From assembly GCA_036405415.1 (NCBI GenBank), contig DASWXP010000002.1, forward strand, positions 125,862 to 189,861: DNA of 64,000 bases, in the 5' to 3' direction. The notes below the pieces were generated by a model, which saw only the letters and a list, made by a program, of their open reading frames with translations, made no database searches and was not told where the DNA came from. This document shows positions 1 through 8,647 of the stretch, piece after piece (positions within the stretch are counted from its first letter, which is position 1; the number at the start of each line of letters is the position of its first letter). The stretch comes from Minisyncoccota bacterium (GTDB lineage: Bacteria; Patescibacteriota; Minisyncoccia; Phycocordibacterales; Phycocordibacteraceae). Position numbers and translations under genes: made by a program.

Positions 1-613
1 TATTGCGGTCGTGATAATCGCCATGAGTAAGTGTATCGTTTGCCAGTTGAGGAGCTTCCGGGCTTGCGGCTACCTTATCCAGTTTCAGTGCAATGTAATC
101 CAGGAACTGCTCGTCTGCAGCATCTTGAGAGTCCTTACGCATGATGTGCGCACGGCGCTCTGTGAGTTCGCGGATAATGTTGTCAGGTTTAGGTATCTCG
201 AGCTTGTTCAAAAGAAGGAGGTCTGGCACTTCGGAGGCGCCTCGAAGATGTATATGTCCAAGTAAGATACCCATTGCGCGTACGTGTTCCTGCGTATACG
301 TATGAATAACCGCATTAGGTTTATAAGGATAGACGGTATAGACACTATTGCCGATTTCGAGAGAGACTTCTCCCGAAGCGTTTGCTTGCATGCATAGTGC
401 CGGAATTACGTCACTCGCGAAGAATTTCTCCGCTGCTGCGATATAGGGAATGCGAGACTGCTGCTTTTTGCGAACTGACTTTATAAAATACTCCCCCGTG
501 CTCGTTGTTAGGAAATAGTTTTTATTCAAAGCACCGGTATTGTCCTCGCGTATGGCTATAGTTTCGCCAAGCCCGAACTCTTCGCAGAGTTGCACAAGGT
601 GGACCGGGTCCAT
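1..613 (-). CDS. Phosphotransferase-family protein (APH / homoserine kinase II-like), partial; continues beyond the window start
   Basis: Hand translation of the minus strand from ATG at 613 runs open to position 1. It ends in the Brenner-type motif LTHGDYHDRN (HGDxxxxN) typical of aminoglycoside/choline-kinase-like phosphotransferases. Absent from the ORF track because no stop lies in the window. Confidence 0.5.
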   Translation of the reverse strand, partial: MDPVHLVQLCEEFGLGETIAIREDNTGALNKNYFLTTSTGEYFIKSVRKKQQSRIPYIAAAEKFFASDVIPALCMQANASGEVSLEIGNSVYTVYPYKPNAVIHTYTQEHVRAMGILLGHIHLRGASEVPDLLLLNKLEIPKPDNIIRELTERRAHIMRKDSQDAADEQFLDYIALKLDKVAASPEAPQLANDTLTHGDYHDRN

Positions 614-619
614 GTGATT

Positions 620-1681
620 CTATTTCAAAAGCGCAATAGCTAAGCCAAAGATACCCGCAATGATCGTGATGACCCAGTACCGCATCGTAACCTTGTACGC
701 AGGCCAGCCGATAGCCTCGAAATGGTGGTGGATAGGGGCGATACGGAAGAGCTTCCGCTTGAACACCTTCTTCGAGATAACCTGGAGCGCGTTCGCGATA
801 ACGGTAACGGTTAGCGGCAGCGCGATGATCGGGAGCACAGCGACGCCTACGCCTTCCCCGAGCACGTCCGCGGAGAACGCGGTTATGGTAAGCGCGACCG
901 TAAGCGCCATGCTCCCTGTCTCAGACAGGTAGAACCGGGCAGGCGGAATATTGAACCAGAGGAACGCGAACAGGGCGCCTGAGACGCAGGCTGCAAACGC
1001 CGCAAGCGTAGTCTGCCCCTGCGCGAACGCGATGCCCGCGTACGTCATGAATATGATTGCGAACACGCCGCCTGCGAGCCCGTCGATGCCGTCGATCACG
1101 CCGCCTGCGTAGATGGCGAGCATCACGACTGTAAAGAAGAGGATGAAGAGGCTCCCGAGCTCGAACGGCCCTACGAACGGGATACCCACGGAAGACACGC
1201 CGAGCTTCTCGTAGAACCACCATCCCGAGAACGCGCCGATAGCGGCGACCACCAACAGGCGCCAGCGGAGCCTCAAGCCCCCCGAAGAGCGCGTCACCTC
1301 ATAGATGTCGTCTATGAGACCCACAAGGCCTCCGGCAAGGAGCCCAAACAGCGGAAGCCAGGTCTGGCTGCGGCTCACGAAATCGAACGAGAAGAACGGC
1401 TCGCCGAAGAACGCGGCCAGAAGCCAGATAAGGAGCGCAGACCCGAGCGTGGACGCCCAGACGATGATGCCGCCCATGCGCGGCGTGGAGACCTCGCGCT
1501 CGGTATGGAGCTTGTCGAACAAGGGCGTGCCGTTTCCGTCGCCCATGCCGTTCCCCTTCCCGCCCTTTTTCTTCCAGGCACGGAACTTGTAGAGATAGTG
1601 CGTGAGTACGGGTGCGCAGGCGATACCTATGACGAAGGCGAGAACGGAAGGGATGAGGACTCGCGCAGCGTCGAAGATCAT
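620..1681 (-). CDS. mraY: Phospho-N-acetylmuramoyl-pentapeptide transferase
   Basis: 353 aa polytopic membrane protein with the MraY hallmark PIHHHFE near the C-terminus and DD(I/V)D-type motifs. Size is typical of MraY. Confidence 0.9.
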   Translation of the reverse strand: MIFDAARVLIPSVLAFVIGIACAPVLTHYLYKFRAWKKKGGKGNGMGDGNGTPLFDKLHTEREVSTPRMGGIIVWASTLGSALLIWLLAAFFGEPFFSFDFVSRSQTWLPLFGLLAGGLVGLIDDIYEVTRSSGGLRLRWRLLVVAAIGAFSGWWFYEKLGVSSVGIPFVGPFELGSLFILFFTVVMLAIYAGGVIDGIDGLAGGVFAIIFMTYAGIAFAQGQTTLAAFAACVSGALFAFLWFNIPPARFYLSETGSMALTVALTITAFSADVLGEGVGVAVLPIIALPLTVTVIANALQVISKKVFKRKLFRIAPIHHHFEAIGWPAYKVTMRYWVITIIAGIFGLAIALLK

Positions 1682-1687
1682 AGAGTG

Positions 1688-2662
1688 CTAGCGGTCAGTG
1701 CCCGCGAAGTATGCGTCAGTGCGCGCGATAAGCGAGCGCACGTCAGCAAAGCGGCCCTCGCGCGACGAGCCGAGCACTACAACCGCAACCGGGTGCCCGA
1801 TGCCTGCGTCATACACAACGGCGAGGTTGCCGCCTGCAAGGTCCGTAAAGCCGGTCTTCGAAAGGAGGATGCCCGGGACGCGCACCACGTCCTGGTTCGT
1901 GTTCGGGAGGCGATGCGTCACGCCTTCGAGAGACTGGATGGAGAACGAAGTCTCAACCGTAGCCTGTGCGATCTCTGGAGCCTTCTCAAGGAGCTTGCCG
2001 GCAAGCACGGCGACATCCTTCGCGGAGCCGTAGCCGCCAGATACTGAGAGGCTCTCGTCGAGGCCGGTGCCGTTAAGCGCATAGGTCTGCGAGAGTCCTG
2101 CGGTAGCGGCAGCGCCTGCTAGGAGATTCTTTCCGGAGGTCGCGCGCGCGATGCTTGCGGCTTCAGCGATAGCTGCGGTGGCGTCGTTAGACGAAGACAC
2201 GAGCGCGAGCTTTGCGAGCTCGTCGAAACGGAAGCGCTCTCCCAAAACAAACCCGCTCTCCCCTTCAGGAAGAAGCGCGGAATCGGTGATGGTAACGGTC
2301 GCGTCAGGAGAAAGGGCATCAGCTGCCGCGTATACGGTCAGGAGCTTCGTGAGCGAGGCGAGCGGGAGCTGCGAGCGGCTGTTCTTCTCGAAGAGCACTT
2401 CGCCGGTCGTAAGGTCGTATACAATCGCTGCTTTGCCTCCCACGTCAGCGCCTGAGAACGCTTCCGGATTCACGGCGATCTGTGGTACAGGCGCCTCTGC
2501 AACCGGCGCGGCCTGCTCCTCTTTCGCAAAGAGCGGCATGAGGAGCCCCATGAGGCCGAGTACGGCGGTACCCGCAACAAGCGCTGTTGCGGCCTGCTTT
2601 TTCTGGTGGCGCTTCTCGAGGCGCTGCACGAGCGTCTTTAGGTCAGGTTCCTGGCTGGTCAT
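1688..2662 (-). CDS. D-alanyl-D-alanine carboxypeptidase (S11 / PBP5-like), membrane-anchored
   Basis: 324 aa with an N-terminal TM anchor and the three penicillin-binding motifs SLTK (SxxK), SND (SxN) and KTG. The stop overlaps the scpB... actually the ATG overlaps the scpB stop (ATGA). Confidence 0.8.
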   Translation of the reverse strand: MTSQEPDLKTLVQRLEKRHQKKQAATALVAGTAVLGLMGLLMPLFAKEEQAAPVAEAPVPQIAVNPEAFSGADVGGKAAIVYDLTTGEVLFEKNSRSQLPLASLTKLLTVYAAADALSPDATVTITDSALLPEGESGFVLGERFRFDELAKLALVSSSNDATAAIAEAASIARATSGKNLLAGAAATAGLSQTYALNGTGLDESLSVSGGYGSAKDVAVLAGKLLEKAPEIAQATVETSFSIQSLEGVTHRLPNTNQDVVRVPGILLSKTGFTDLAGGNLAVVYDAGIGHPVAVVVLGSSREGRFADVRSLIARTDAYFAGTDR

Positions 2663-3213
2663 ACGTCTTGGGATACAGTTTCCTGCTTTGCCTCGTGTTC
2701 TGCAAGTGCCTTCGTAAGTTCCTCAAATCGCGGCAGGTCTTCAGGGCGGCTCGCGCCTAGGTGCGCGAGCGCGTCGATGGTCACGCGGTAGCGCGCGCGG
2801 CGCTTGTCGTTCTGGTCCTCGGTGCGCTCGATAAGGCCGCGCAACAGAAGCGCGCGGATGGCTGCAGTCGAGTTTACGCCGCGCACCCAGTCGATCTCCC
2901 CACGCGTGGCACCCCCTTTGTAGAGGATAAGCGCGAGCGTCTCGAGACTCGCTTTCCCAAGGTCCTTTGAGAGCTCGCTTTCGCGGAGTTTCTGCACCAC
3001 TTCGGCCGCGTCAGGCGCGGTACGGAGCTCAAGTTCCGTCTCGGTCTCGATGAGCGCGAGTCCTCGGTCCTGGAGCGCGATGCGCAGCGCGTTCGACGCG
3101 TCTCCGAGACTCTCCGGCGATACCTCAAGCAGCGCGGCAAGGCGCTTCTTCTGGATAGGTTCTCCAGACGCGAAGAGAACGGCTTCGAGCCGCGATGAGA
3201 GGGCGAGCGCCAT
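2659..3213 (-). CDS. scpB: Segregation and condensation protein B
   Basis: 184 aa, winged-helix ScpB-like sequence (LEAVLFASGEPI...). The partner scpA lies about 1 kb away. Confidence 0.8.
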   Translation of the reverse strand: MALALSSRLEAVLFASGEPIQKKRLAALLEVSPESLGDASNALRIALQDRGLALIETETELELRTAPDAAEVVQKLRESELSKDLGKASLETLALILYKGGATRGEIDWVRGVNSTAAIRALLLRGLIERTEDQNDKRRARYRVTIDALAHLGASRPEDLPRFEELTKALAEHEAKQETVSQDV

Positions 3214-3270
3214 GATGTTCCTAGCATACCGTCAAGGAGGTCCTCCGAAAACCCTTCCGTCGTGGACTGC

Positions 3271-3276
3271 TATACT
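3271..3276 (+). promoter_or_regulatory. Putative -10 hexamer TATACT 6 nt upstream of the uppP ATG (leaderless-type promoter)
   Basis: TATACT-catcga-ATG. Same arrangement recurs at tyrS, dnaJ, ddl and ORF 8024. Confidence 0.4.
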
Positions 3277-3282
3277 CATCGA

Positions 3283-4053
3283 ATGACCTGGCTCGACAGC
3301 ATCATCCTCGGCGTCATCGAAGGCGTCACCGAGTTCCTTCCTATCTCCTCAACCGGGCACCTTATCCTCGCGAGCGAGCTCTTGGGGCTTGAGCCGTCTA
3401 CCTTCCTCTCCTCGTTCCAGATCGCGATCCAGCTCGGCGCTATCGCAGCGGTGCTCGCGCTCTACTGGAAGCGATTCCTCGATATCCCGTTCCTTACGAA
3501 GCTCTTCGTAGCGTTCCTGCCAACGGGACTCGTCGGGTTCCTGGTGTATCCGTACGTAAAGGGATATCTGCTCGGGAACCTGAACGTAGTTGTAGCCTCA
3601 CTCTTCCTCGGCGGCGTGGCGCTTATCGTGTTTGAGCTCTTCCATAAGGAAAAGCCGGAATCGCTCGAAGGTGCTCGCGAGATTACGTATAAGCAGGCGC
3701 TTCTTGTAGGTGCGTTCCAATCGATCGCAATCATCCCAGGCGTTTCGCGCTCAGCCGCTACTATCGTAGGTGGCCTCCTCATCGGCATGCGTCGCGTCGC
3801 TATCGTCGAGTTCTCCTTCCTCCTTGCCGTGCCAACTATGGTTGCGGCAACCGGATACGATCTTCTGAAATCCGCAGATACGTTTGTGTTCGATCAGTTC
3901 GGCCTGCTTGCGCTCGGGTTCGTGACCGCCTTCCTCGTCGCGCTCCTTTCGATGCGCTTCCTCATCCAGATCGTGCGCAAGCATTCATTCGTACCGTTTG
4001 GCATCTACCGCATAGTGCTTGCGGCCGCGTTCTTCTTCATCGTTCTCATGTAA
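3283..4053 (+). CDS. uppP: Undecaprenyl-diphosphatase
   Basis: UppP/BacA signature EFLPISSTGHL and a polytopic membrane profile. Start placed at ATG 3283 (MTWLDSIILGV), which matches conserved UppP N-termini. TATACT lies 6 nt upstream. Confidence 0.85.
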   Translation: MTWLDSIILGVIEGVTEFLPISSTGHLILASELLGLEPSTFLSSFQIAIQLGAIAAVLALYWKRFLDIPFLTKLFVAFLPTGLVGFLVYPYVKGYLLGNLNVVVASLFLGGVALIVFELFHKEKPESLEGAREITYKQALLVGAFQSIAIIPGVSRSAATIVGGLLIGMRRVAIVEFSFLLAVPTMVAATGYDLLKSADTFVFDQFGLLALGFVTAFLVALLSMRFLIQIVRKHSFVPFGIYRIVLAAAFFFIVLM

Positions 4054-4322
4054 AAGTCACGACCCGCATCGCTGCGGGTCGCTCGTAGTTGTCGCGTTGT
4101 CGGCGCTAGCGCCTGAAGTGCGCGGCTCCGTAACGCCGATCCATCAGGATCGACTGGTGCCGCTGCCTCTTCACCTTCTTCGAATCGCGTTGTTTCGGTC
4201 CGCGTTTGTGGTTCCGGTGCTTGCGGCGGTTCCTGCTTCTCAGACTCATCTGCCCCTCCTCGGGCAAGCTGTTCCAGTCCTGTCTGCTGGAACCGCCATA
4301 AGAACATCAATACAGTGAAAAA

Positions 4323-5072
4323 TCAATAGCGCGGCATCGCTGCCGAGGTGTTCGTGATGCGAATGTCATCGAACGCTCCGTGCTGGAGCGCATCCACAGC
4401 TCCCTGCTTCACGAGCTCAAGGAGCGCGAGGAACGAGACGATAACCTCTACCTTTTCGGTGCTTCCAGCGGAGAACTCCTTGAACGAGAGATTCATGGCG
4501 CGCTGCACCCTTCCGAGAAGCGTATCCATCATCTCCTCGATGGTGACGAGAGGCCGCACGCGGACCTCCGGAAGCTTCTCCTCCGCTTTTTCAAGGGAGA
4601 GAAGCGCGTTCTTAAGCGCCTGAGACAGGTTCTCAAGCGTAAGGTCCCGCGAAGGCGCGAACATGGGTTCTGGAGCGCGCTCTCCGGCCGAGACCATAAC
4701 CATACGCCCGTATACGCGCGAGAGCTCCTCGCGCGCCTCGCGTACCTTCTCATACAGCTGGAGACGGCGTTTAAGGTCGTCCATGTCCTCCTCTTCTTCC
4801 ATCGAGAGCTCGAGCTCTGGGATGAGGGACTTCGACTTTATGAGAAGCAGGGTCGCCGCGACGCCGATGAACTGCGCCGCATCCTCCATCGGAAACGCCT
4901 CATGCCCTCGCACGAACGAGATGTAATCGTCGGTTACCTGCGCGAGTGAGAGCTCGTTAACCGAAAGCTTCCTGCGATCGATAAGGTCGAGCAGCAGGTC
5001 GTACGGGCCCTCGAAGGAACCGGCGCGTATCGTGAACCCCTGGTATTCGGTGATACCGTCCATGATACGCAA
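4323..5072 (-). CDS. scpA: Segregation and condensation protein A
   Basis: 249 aa with an ScpA kleisin-like N-terminus (YQGFTIRAGSFEGPYDLLLDLIDRRKLSVNELSLAQVTDDYISFV). Confidence 0.8.
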   Translation of the reverse strand: MRIMDGITEYQGFTIRAGSFEGPYDLLLDLIDRRKLSVNELSLAQVTDDYISFVRGHEAFPMEDAAQFIGVAATLLLIKSKSLIPELELSMEEEEDMDDLKRRLQLYEKVREAREELSRVYGRMVMVSAGERAPEPMFAPSRDLTLENLSQALKNALLSLEKAEEKLPEVRVRPLVTIEEMMDTLLGRVQRAMNLSFKEFSAGSTEKVEVIVSFLALLELVKQGAVDALQHGAFDDIRITNTSAAMPRY

Positions 5073-5084
5073 GTATAGCAGTGC

Positions 5085-6437
5085 TTATGCTTCCGGCTGC
5101 GCTTCGGAGAGGAGAAGGTCGATACGATTCATGTCGCGCGGGAACGTTGAAGCCTCCTTCACGTTCTGAAGCTCGAGCATGCGGCCCGTAAGGCGCTCAA
5201 GTCCCGTCGAACATCCGCCATGTGGCGGGATGCCGTACTTGAAGGCCTGGAGGTAGAAGGAAAACTTCTCCGGGTCCATGCTCTTCGCCTTCATCTTCGC
5301 TACGAGCTCGTCGTAGCTGTGGATTCGCTGCGCGCCGCTGTTGATCTCGAGGCCGCGGAAGAGAAGGTCGAACGAGAGCGAACGCTCTGGATCCTCAGGA
5401 TCCGCCATGGTGTAAAAGGCGCGCTTTGAGGTCGGGAAATGCGTGACAAATACGAAATCTGATCCGAGTTCGCGCTTCGCGTACTCGCAGATCTGGCGCT
5501 CGTGTTCCGGCTCGAGATCCGGCTCTCCTACGCATGTGTTTCCGAACTCGCGCTCGATAATCTCCTGCACTTCGCGAAGGGTGAAGCGCGGGAATTTTCC
5601 TTCTGGAAGCGCTGCCGGCGCGACACCGAACCGACTGAGAACATCGGCATGCTCAGTAGCGACCGCGGTCGAGATATCACGGGCAACACCCTCAAGCACT
5701 TCCATCACGTCCTCGTGGCTCTTTACGAAGCCCATCTCGAACTCGAGCTGTACGAGCTCGGAGAGATGGCGCGTCGTCGCGCTCTTCTCTGCGCGGAAGG
5801 TCTTCGCGATAGTCATGACGCGCTCGAACGGACCCACCATGATCTGCTTGTAGAGCTGGCCCGAGGTAGCTAGGAACGCACGCTTGCCGTAATAGTCGGG
5901 AATCTCGAACACCGCAGCGCCGCCCTCAGCGTCTCCTCCTACGAGTACCGGCGCCTGGAACTCGGTGAAGTCACGGGAGCGCAACGAGTTGCGGAACGCG
6001 CGGAGGATCGTCGCCTGGACCTTGAAAATGTCGCGATCGCGCTGGCTGCGAAGCGTGAACGGACGGTAATCGAAGCGGGTCTCAATGGTGAGATCATCCG
6101 CATCCTTATCGAATGGAAGTTCTTCGGGCGCGGAGAGTACATCGATTCTCTTTACTTCGAGCTCGATGTCGCCGTTTAGCTTATCCGCCTGCACATTCTT
6201 CTCTGGGCGCTTGTTCACGACGCCTTCGACCGATACTACGAAGTCGTTGCGTACGTCCTTAGCGGCTGCCATGAGCGCCTCGTCTCCCGGAAGCACTACG
6301 CCTTGTACGCTTCCGGTGCGGTCCCGGAAATCGAAGAAGACGAGCTTGCCCTGGTCGCGGCGCACATCCACAAAGCCCTTGATAACGACCTGTTCTCCGG
6401 CCTTGCCGGAAAGGTCCTTGATAAGCGTTCGTTCCAT
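5085..6437 (-). CDS. aspS: Aspartate--tRNA ligase, type 2 (archaeal-like, possibly non-discriminating); AsnRS not excluded
   Basis: 450 aa class IIb synthetase with an N-terminal OB fold. Motif 2 is FRAEKSATTRHLSE, motif 3 is GGCSTGLERL, and SGQLYKQ is present. The length fits a type-2 AspRS or an AsnRS. Confidence 0.7.
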   Translation of the reverse strand: MERTLIKDLSGKAGEQVVIKGFVDVRRDQGKLVFFDFRDRTGSVQGVVLPGDEALMAAAKDVRNDFVVSVEGVVNKRPEKNVQADKLNGDIELEVKRIDVLSAPEELPFDKDADDLTIETRFDYRPFTLRSQRDRDIFKVQATILRAFRNSLRSRDFTEFQAPVLVGGDAEGGAAVFEIPDYYGKRAFLATSGQLYKQIMVGPFERVMTIAKTFRAEKSATTRHLSELVQLEFEMGFVKSHEDVMEVLEGVARDISTAVATEHADVLSRFGVAPAALPEGKFPRFTLREVQEIIEREFGNTCVGEPDLEPEHERQICEYAKRELGSDFVFVTHFPTSKRAFYTMADPEDPERSLSFDLLFRGLEINSGAQRIHSYDELVAKMKAKSMDPEKFSFYLQAFKYGIPPHGGCSTGLERLTGRMLELQNVKEASTFPRDMNRIDLLLSEAQPEA

Positions 6438-6472
6438 AATAGCTACAAAATAGCACGCTAAGCGGATTCTGC

Positions 6473-7429
6473 TTAGGTAACGCCAACCGCCCTTCGCACC
6501 TCCTCCATCTTCTTGTTCGCCCGCTCGCGTGCGAGCTGCCCCCCGTGCTCAAGCACGTCTGATACGGTGCGGGGATCTGACGCGAGCTCGTGGTACCGCT
6601 CGCGCATCGGCGCGATGAACGTGTCGAGGTCCTCGATGAGCGCCTCCTTGAGCGCCTTGTACTTGCCCTTATGCTCCTCGTAGAGCGCCTCGAGATCCCG
6701 TTCGTCCTTTACGAGCTTGTGGATGGCGTACACGTTCTCAGGGCGGTCTCCTGAAGAATCCGTAACGATACCCATGACAAGCTCCTCGATATCAGAACGC
6801 GAGGCGAAGAGCGGAATGGTGTTCCCGTAGCTCTTGCTCATCTTCTGGCCGTCCGTGCCCGGTACGATCGCTACCTCAGGCACGATGTACTCCTCCGGGA
6901 TCGTGAACGTCTCGCCGAAGATCCGATTGAACTTCTCCGCGGTATCGCGGGCGAACTCGATGTGCTGCTTCTGATCCTGACCAACAGGAACCTTCGCCGC
7001 GTCATACAGCAGGATGTCCGCGGCCATGAGCATCGGATAGTTGAAGGTTCCTACGGATACGTCCTTGTTCTTGGCCTCCCCGTCCTTGAACGCATGCGCG
7101 CGCATGAGGTACGGCATGGTGGTGATGGTATCGAAGATCCAAGCGAGCTCGGTGTGCGCCGGTACGTCTGACTGCTTGAACAGGACCACCTTCTCCGGGT
7201 TGATGCCTGCGGCGAGGTACGTGAGCACGAGCTCGTGGGTGAGCTCGTGCATGTCGCCTGCGTTCTGGACGAAATTGAGGCTGTGGTAGTCCGCCACCAT
7301 GAAGTAGCACTGGTGCGAGCCTACCGTCTGGAACTCCACCCACTGCTTGATGGCGCCGAAATAGTTGCCGATGTGCGCGACACCGGTCGGCTTCACGCCT
7401 GAGAGGAGGATGGGCTTGTCGTCGTTCAT
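6473..7429 (-). CDS. trpS: Tryptophan--tRNA ligase
   Basis: Class I HIGN motif (GVAHIGNYFG) and KMSKS (GQKMSKSYGN). About 318 aa. ATG at 7429; the track's upstream start is TTG. Confidence 0.85.
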   Translation of the reverse strand: MNDDKPILLSGVKPTGVAHIGNYFGAIKQWVEFQTVGSHQCYFMVADYHSLNFVQNAGDMHELTHELVLTYLAAGINPEKVVLFKQSDVPAHTELAWIFDTITTMPYLMRAHAFKDGEAKNKDVSVGTFNYPMLMAADILLYDAAKVPVGQDQKQHIEFARDTAEKFNRIFGETFTIPEEYIVPEVAIVPGTDGQKMSKSYGNTIPLFASRSDIEELVMGIVTDSSGDRPENVYAIHKLVKDERDLEALYEEHKGKYKALKEALIEDLDTFIAPMRERYHELASDPRTVSDVLEHGGQLARERANKKMEEVRRAVGVT

Positions 7430-7465
7430 GGACAAACGATACCACGCTTAGAATGGCTAATGAAC

Positions 7466-7498
7466 AAGCGCCCTTAACACGAAGTATTAAGGGCGCTT
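7466..7498. terminator. Perfect 12-bp stem hairpin (AAGCGCCCTTAA / TTAAGGGCGCTT) downstream of minus ORF 7523..7897
   Basis: Inverted repeat read directly from the sequence; loop is cacgaagta. Confidence 0.4.
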
Positions 7499-7522
7499 AG
7501 TAGTGCTGCGGGCACGGCACGG

Positions 7523-7897
7523 TCAGAAACTGTAACCCAGAAGCGTTTTCCGGATTCCTTCTGGAAGCCGCCAGCTTGATCCGGGCACCTTCCCGACAGG
7601 CCCGTCCGTCCCGATGTGGGACGTGTTCAGGGTAAGGCGCTCCAGGCTCGCAAAGCCATGACCTTCAACCAGAAGGATGGCTTGGTGGCCGGGTTGTGGT
7701 CCCTTGCACTGGGTCCTGACGGATAGTTCGTCAGCGAAGAACGCGGTCAGCGCGCTCCGCAGTCCCACGGCTTGGACGTACAGCGACGTGATGCCGGGCG
7801 ACTTCGGCAGAAGCGACAGGACCGAGGCTCCAAAAGAAGCCAGGGAATGCCTTCCTGCCATATCCTGCAGGACGCTAGAGGTAGTGATTGTGGTCAT
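7523..7897 (-). CDS. Hypothetical protein (124 aa)
   Basis: ATG at 7897 preceded by a strong SD (GGGAGGG, 4 nt spacer). Followed by the hairpin at 7466-7498. No recognisable domain. Confidence 0.45.
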   Translation of the reverse strand: MTTITTSSVLQDMAGRHSLASFGASVLSLLPKSPGITSLYVQAVGLRSALTAFFADELSVRTQCKGPQPGHQAILLVEGHGFASLERLTLNTSHIGTDGPVGKVPGSSWRLPEGIRKTLLGYSF

Positions 7898-8010
7898 TAG
7901 ACCCTCCCAAGGATCATGCCGAAATCGGCTTTGGTCTGCATGCTACAACTTCTCTTCTGGCACGCAAGTTTCCTTTATATTTTCTCGAGATTTCTCCTAT
8001 CTCTGCTTTC

Positions 8011-8016
8011 TATACT
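8011..8016 (+). promoter_or_regulatory. Putative -10 TATACT 7 nt upstream of ATG 8024 (leaderless-type)
   Basis: TATACT-tcacgcc-ATG within an AT-rich stretch. Confidence 0.35.
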
Positions 8017-8023
8017 TCACGCC

Positions 8024-8500
8024 ATGAGTACAGAGCAAGCAAACAGCCAGGATCTGGCAGTAAAGGTTACGGAAATCAAGGAAAGCGCCCGGAGAATGCC
8101 CAATCCGGACGGACCGGACCCGGTTATCGGGAAATTCTGGTTCACTCTGGACGTTACTGCTCTCACGAGAGACCTGTATGTCCCGGTCTCGATCTCCTCG
8201 GGTAAGAAGCCCACAGGATTCTCGTATCTCATCGAAGGCACCGTCCCGGGATCCATAAAGACAACGGATATATCCTGCAAAGGAGAAGGCGTGACGCAGA
8301 TCACGCATGGCACCATTATCTACGCGAAGATACCTAAGGGATTCAGGGCTACGTTCTCTATCCGCATCGAGATGCGCGGTACGCTCGGAAAATCGTACCG
8401 AACGGTCCTGTACCAGATGCAGTACAAGTTGAGTCCTACGGATACCCGCTATCAGAAACTGCCGCTCGACATAAAAGGCAAGATGGAAAAGTTCAGATAG
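8024..8500 (+). CDS. Hypothetical protein (158 aa), compositionally atypical (GC visibly lower than surroundings)
   Basis: ORF in the 7916..8500 frame. ATG 8024 is preferred (TATACT -10 7 nt upstream; the alternative at 7916 has a poor SD). No signal peptide, beta-rich, no recognised motif. Divergent from ORF 7523..7897 and ends at a terminator next to tRNA-Tyr. Confidence 0.5.
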   Translation: MSTEQANSQDLAVKVTEIKESARRMPNPDGPDPVIGKFWFTLDVTALTRDLYVPVSISSGKKPTGFSYLIEGTVPGSIKTTDISCKGEGVTQITHGTIIYAKIPKGFRATFSIRIEMRGTLGKSYRTVLYQMQYKLSPTDTRYQKLPLDIKGKMEKFR

Positions 8501-8530
8501 CAAGAAGCCGCTCGAGTGAGCGGCTTCTTG
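8501..8530. terminator. Hairpin caagaagccgctc-gagt-gagcggcttcttg between ORF 8024..8500 and tRNA-Tyr (bidirectional)
   Basis: 13-bp perfect inverted repeat immediately after the TAG stop at 8498-8500. Confidence 0.5.
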
Positions 8531-8532
8531 CT

Positions 8533-8617
8533 TGGTGCGCCGGGAGGGATTCGAACCCCCGTAGGCAGTGCCAGCACGTTTACAGCGTGCCCTCGTTGAC
8601 CACTTGAGTACCGACGC
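8533..8617 (-). tRNA. tRNA-Tyr (anticodon GTA), long variable arm, CCA encoded
   Basis: Manually folded. Acceptor GCGTCGG/CCGGCGC, anticodon stem GCACG/CGTGC, loop CTGTAAA (GTA), 12-nt variable arm, T-arm GGGGG-TTCGAAT-CCCTC. 85 nt. Confidence 0.9.
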
Positions 8618-8647
8618 GAACCTGGGGAGTATACCCCAGAAAATCCC

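Noticed and set aside
11-265. 84-aa plus-strand ORF at the window start.
   Set aside because: It lies entirely inside the minus-strand phosphotransferase-family ORF, which runs open from 613 to the window edge. It has no RBS or promoter signal.
4005-4310. 101-aa minus-strand ORF in the convergent gap between uppP and scpA.
   Set aside because: Low-complexity translation (Glu/Pro/Thr/Arg-rich), no RBS or -10 element, and it overlaps the uppP 3' end. The gap more likely just holds the convergent terminators, for example hairpin gacccgca-tcgc-tgcgggtc at about 4071-4090.
7916-8023. Upstream in-frame extension of ORF 8024..8500 that would add a 36-aa hydrophobic, signal-peptide-like N-terminus.
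   Set aside because: The SD-like AAGGA is only 2 nt from that ATG. The extension would overlap the RBS of the divergent ORF and lies outside the AT-rich promoter-like region. ATG 8024 with the TATACT -10 is the more parsimonious start. Left open as an alternative.
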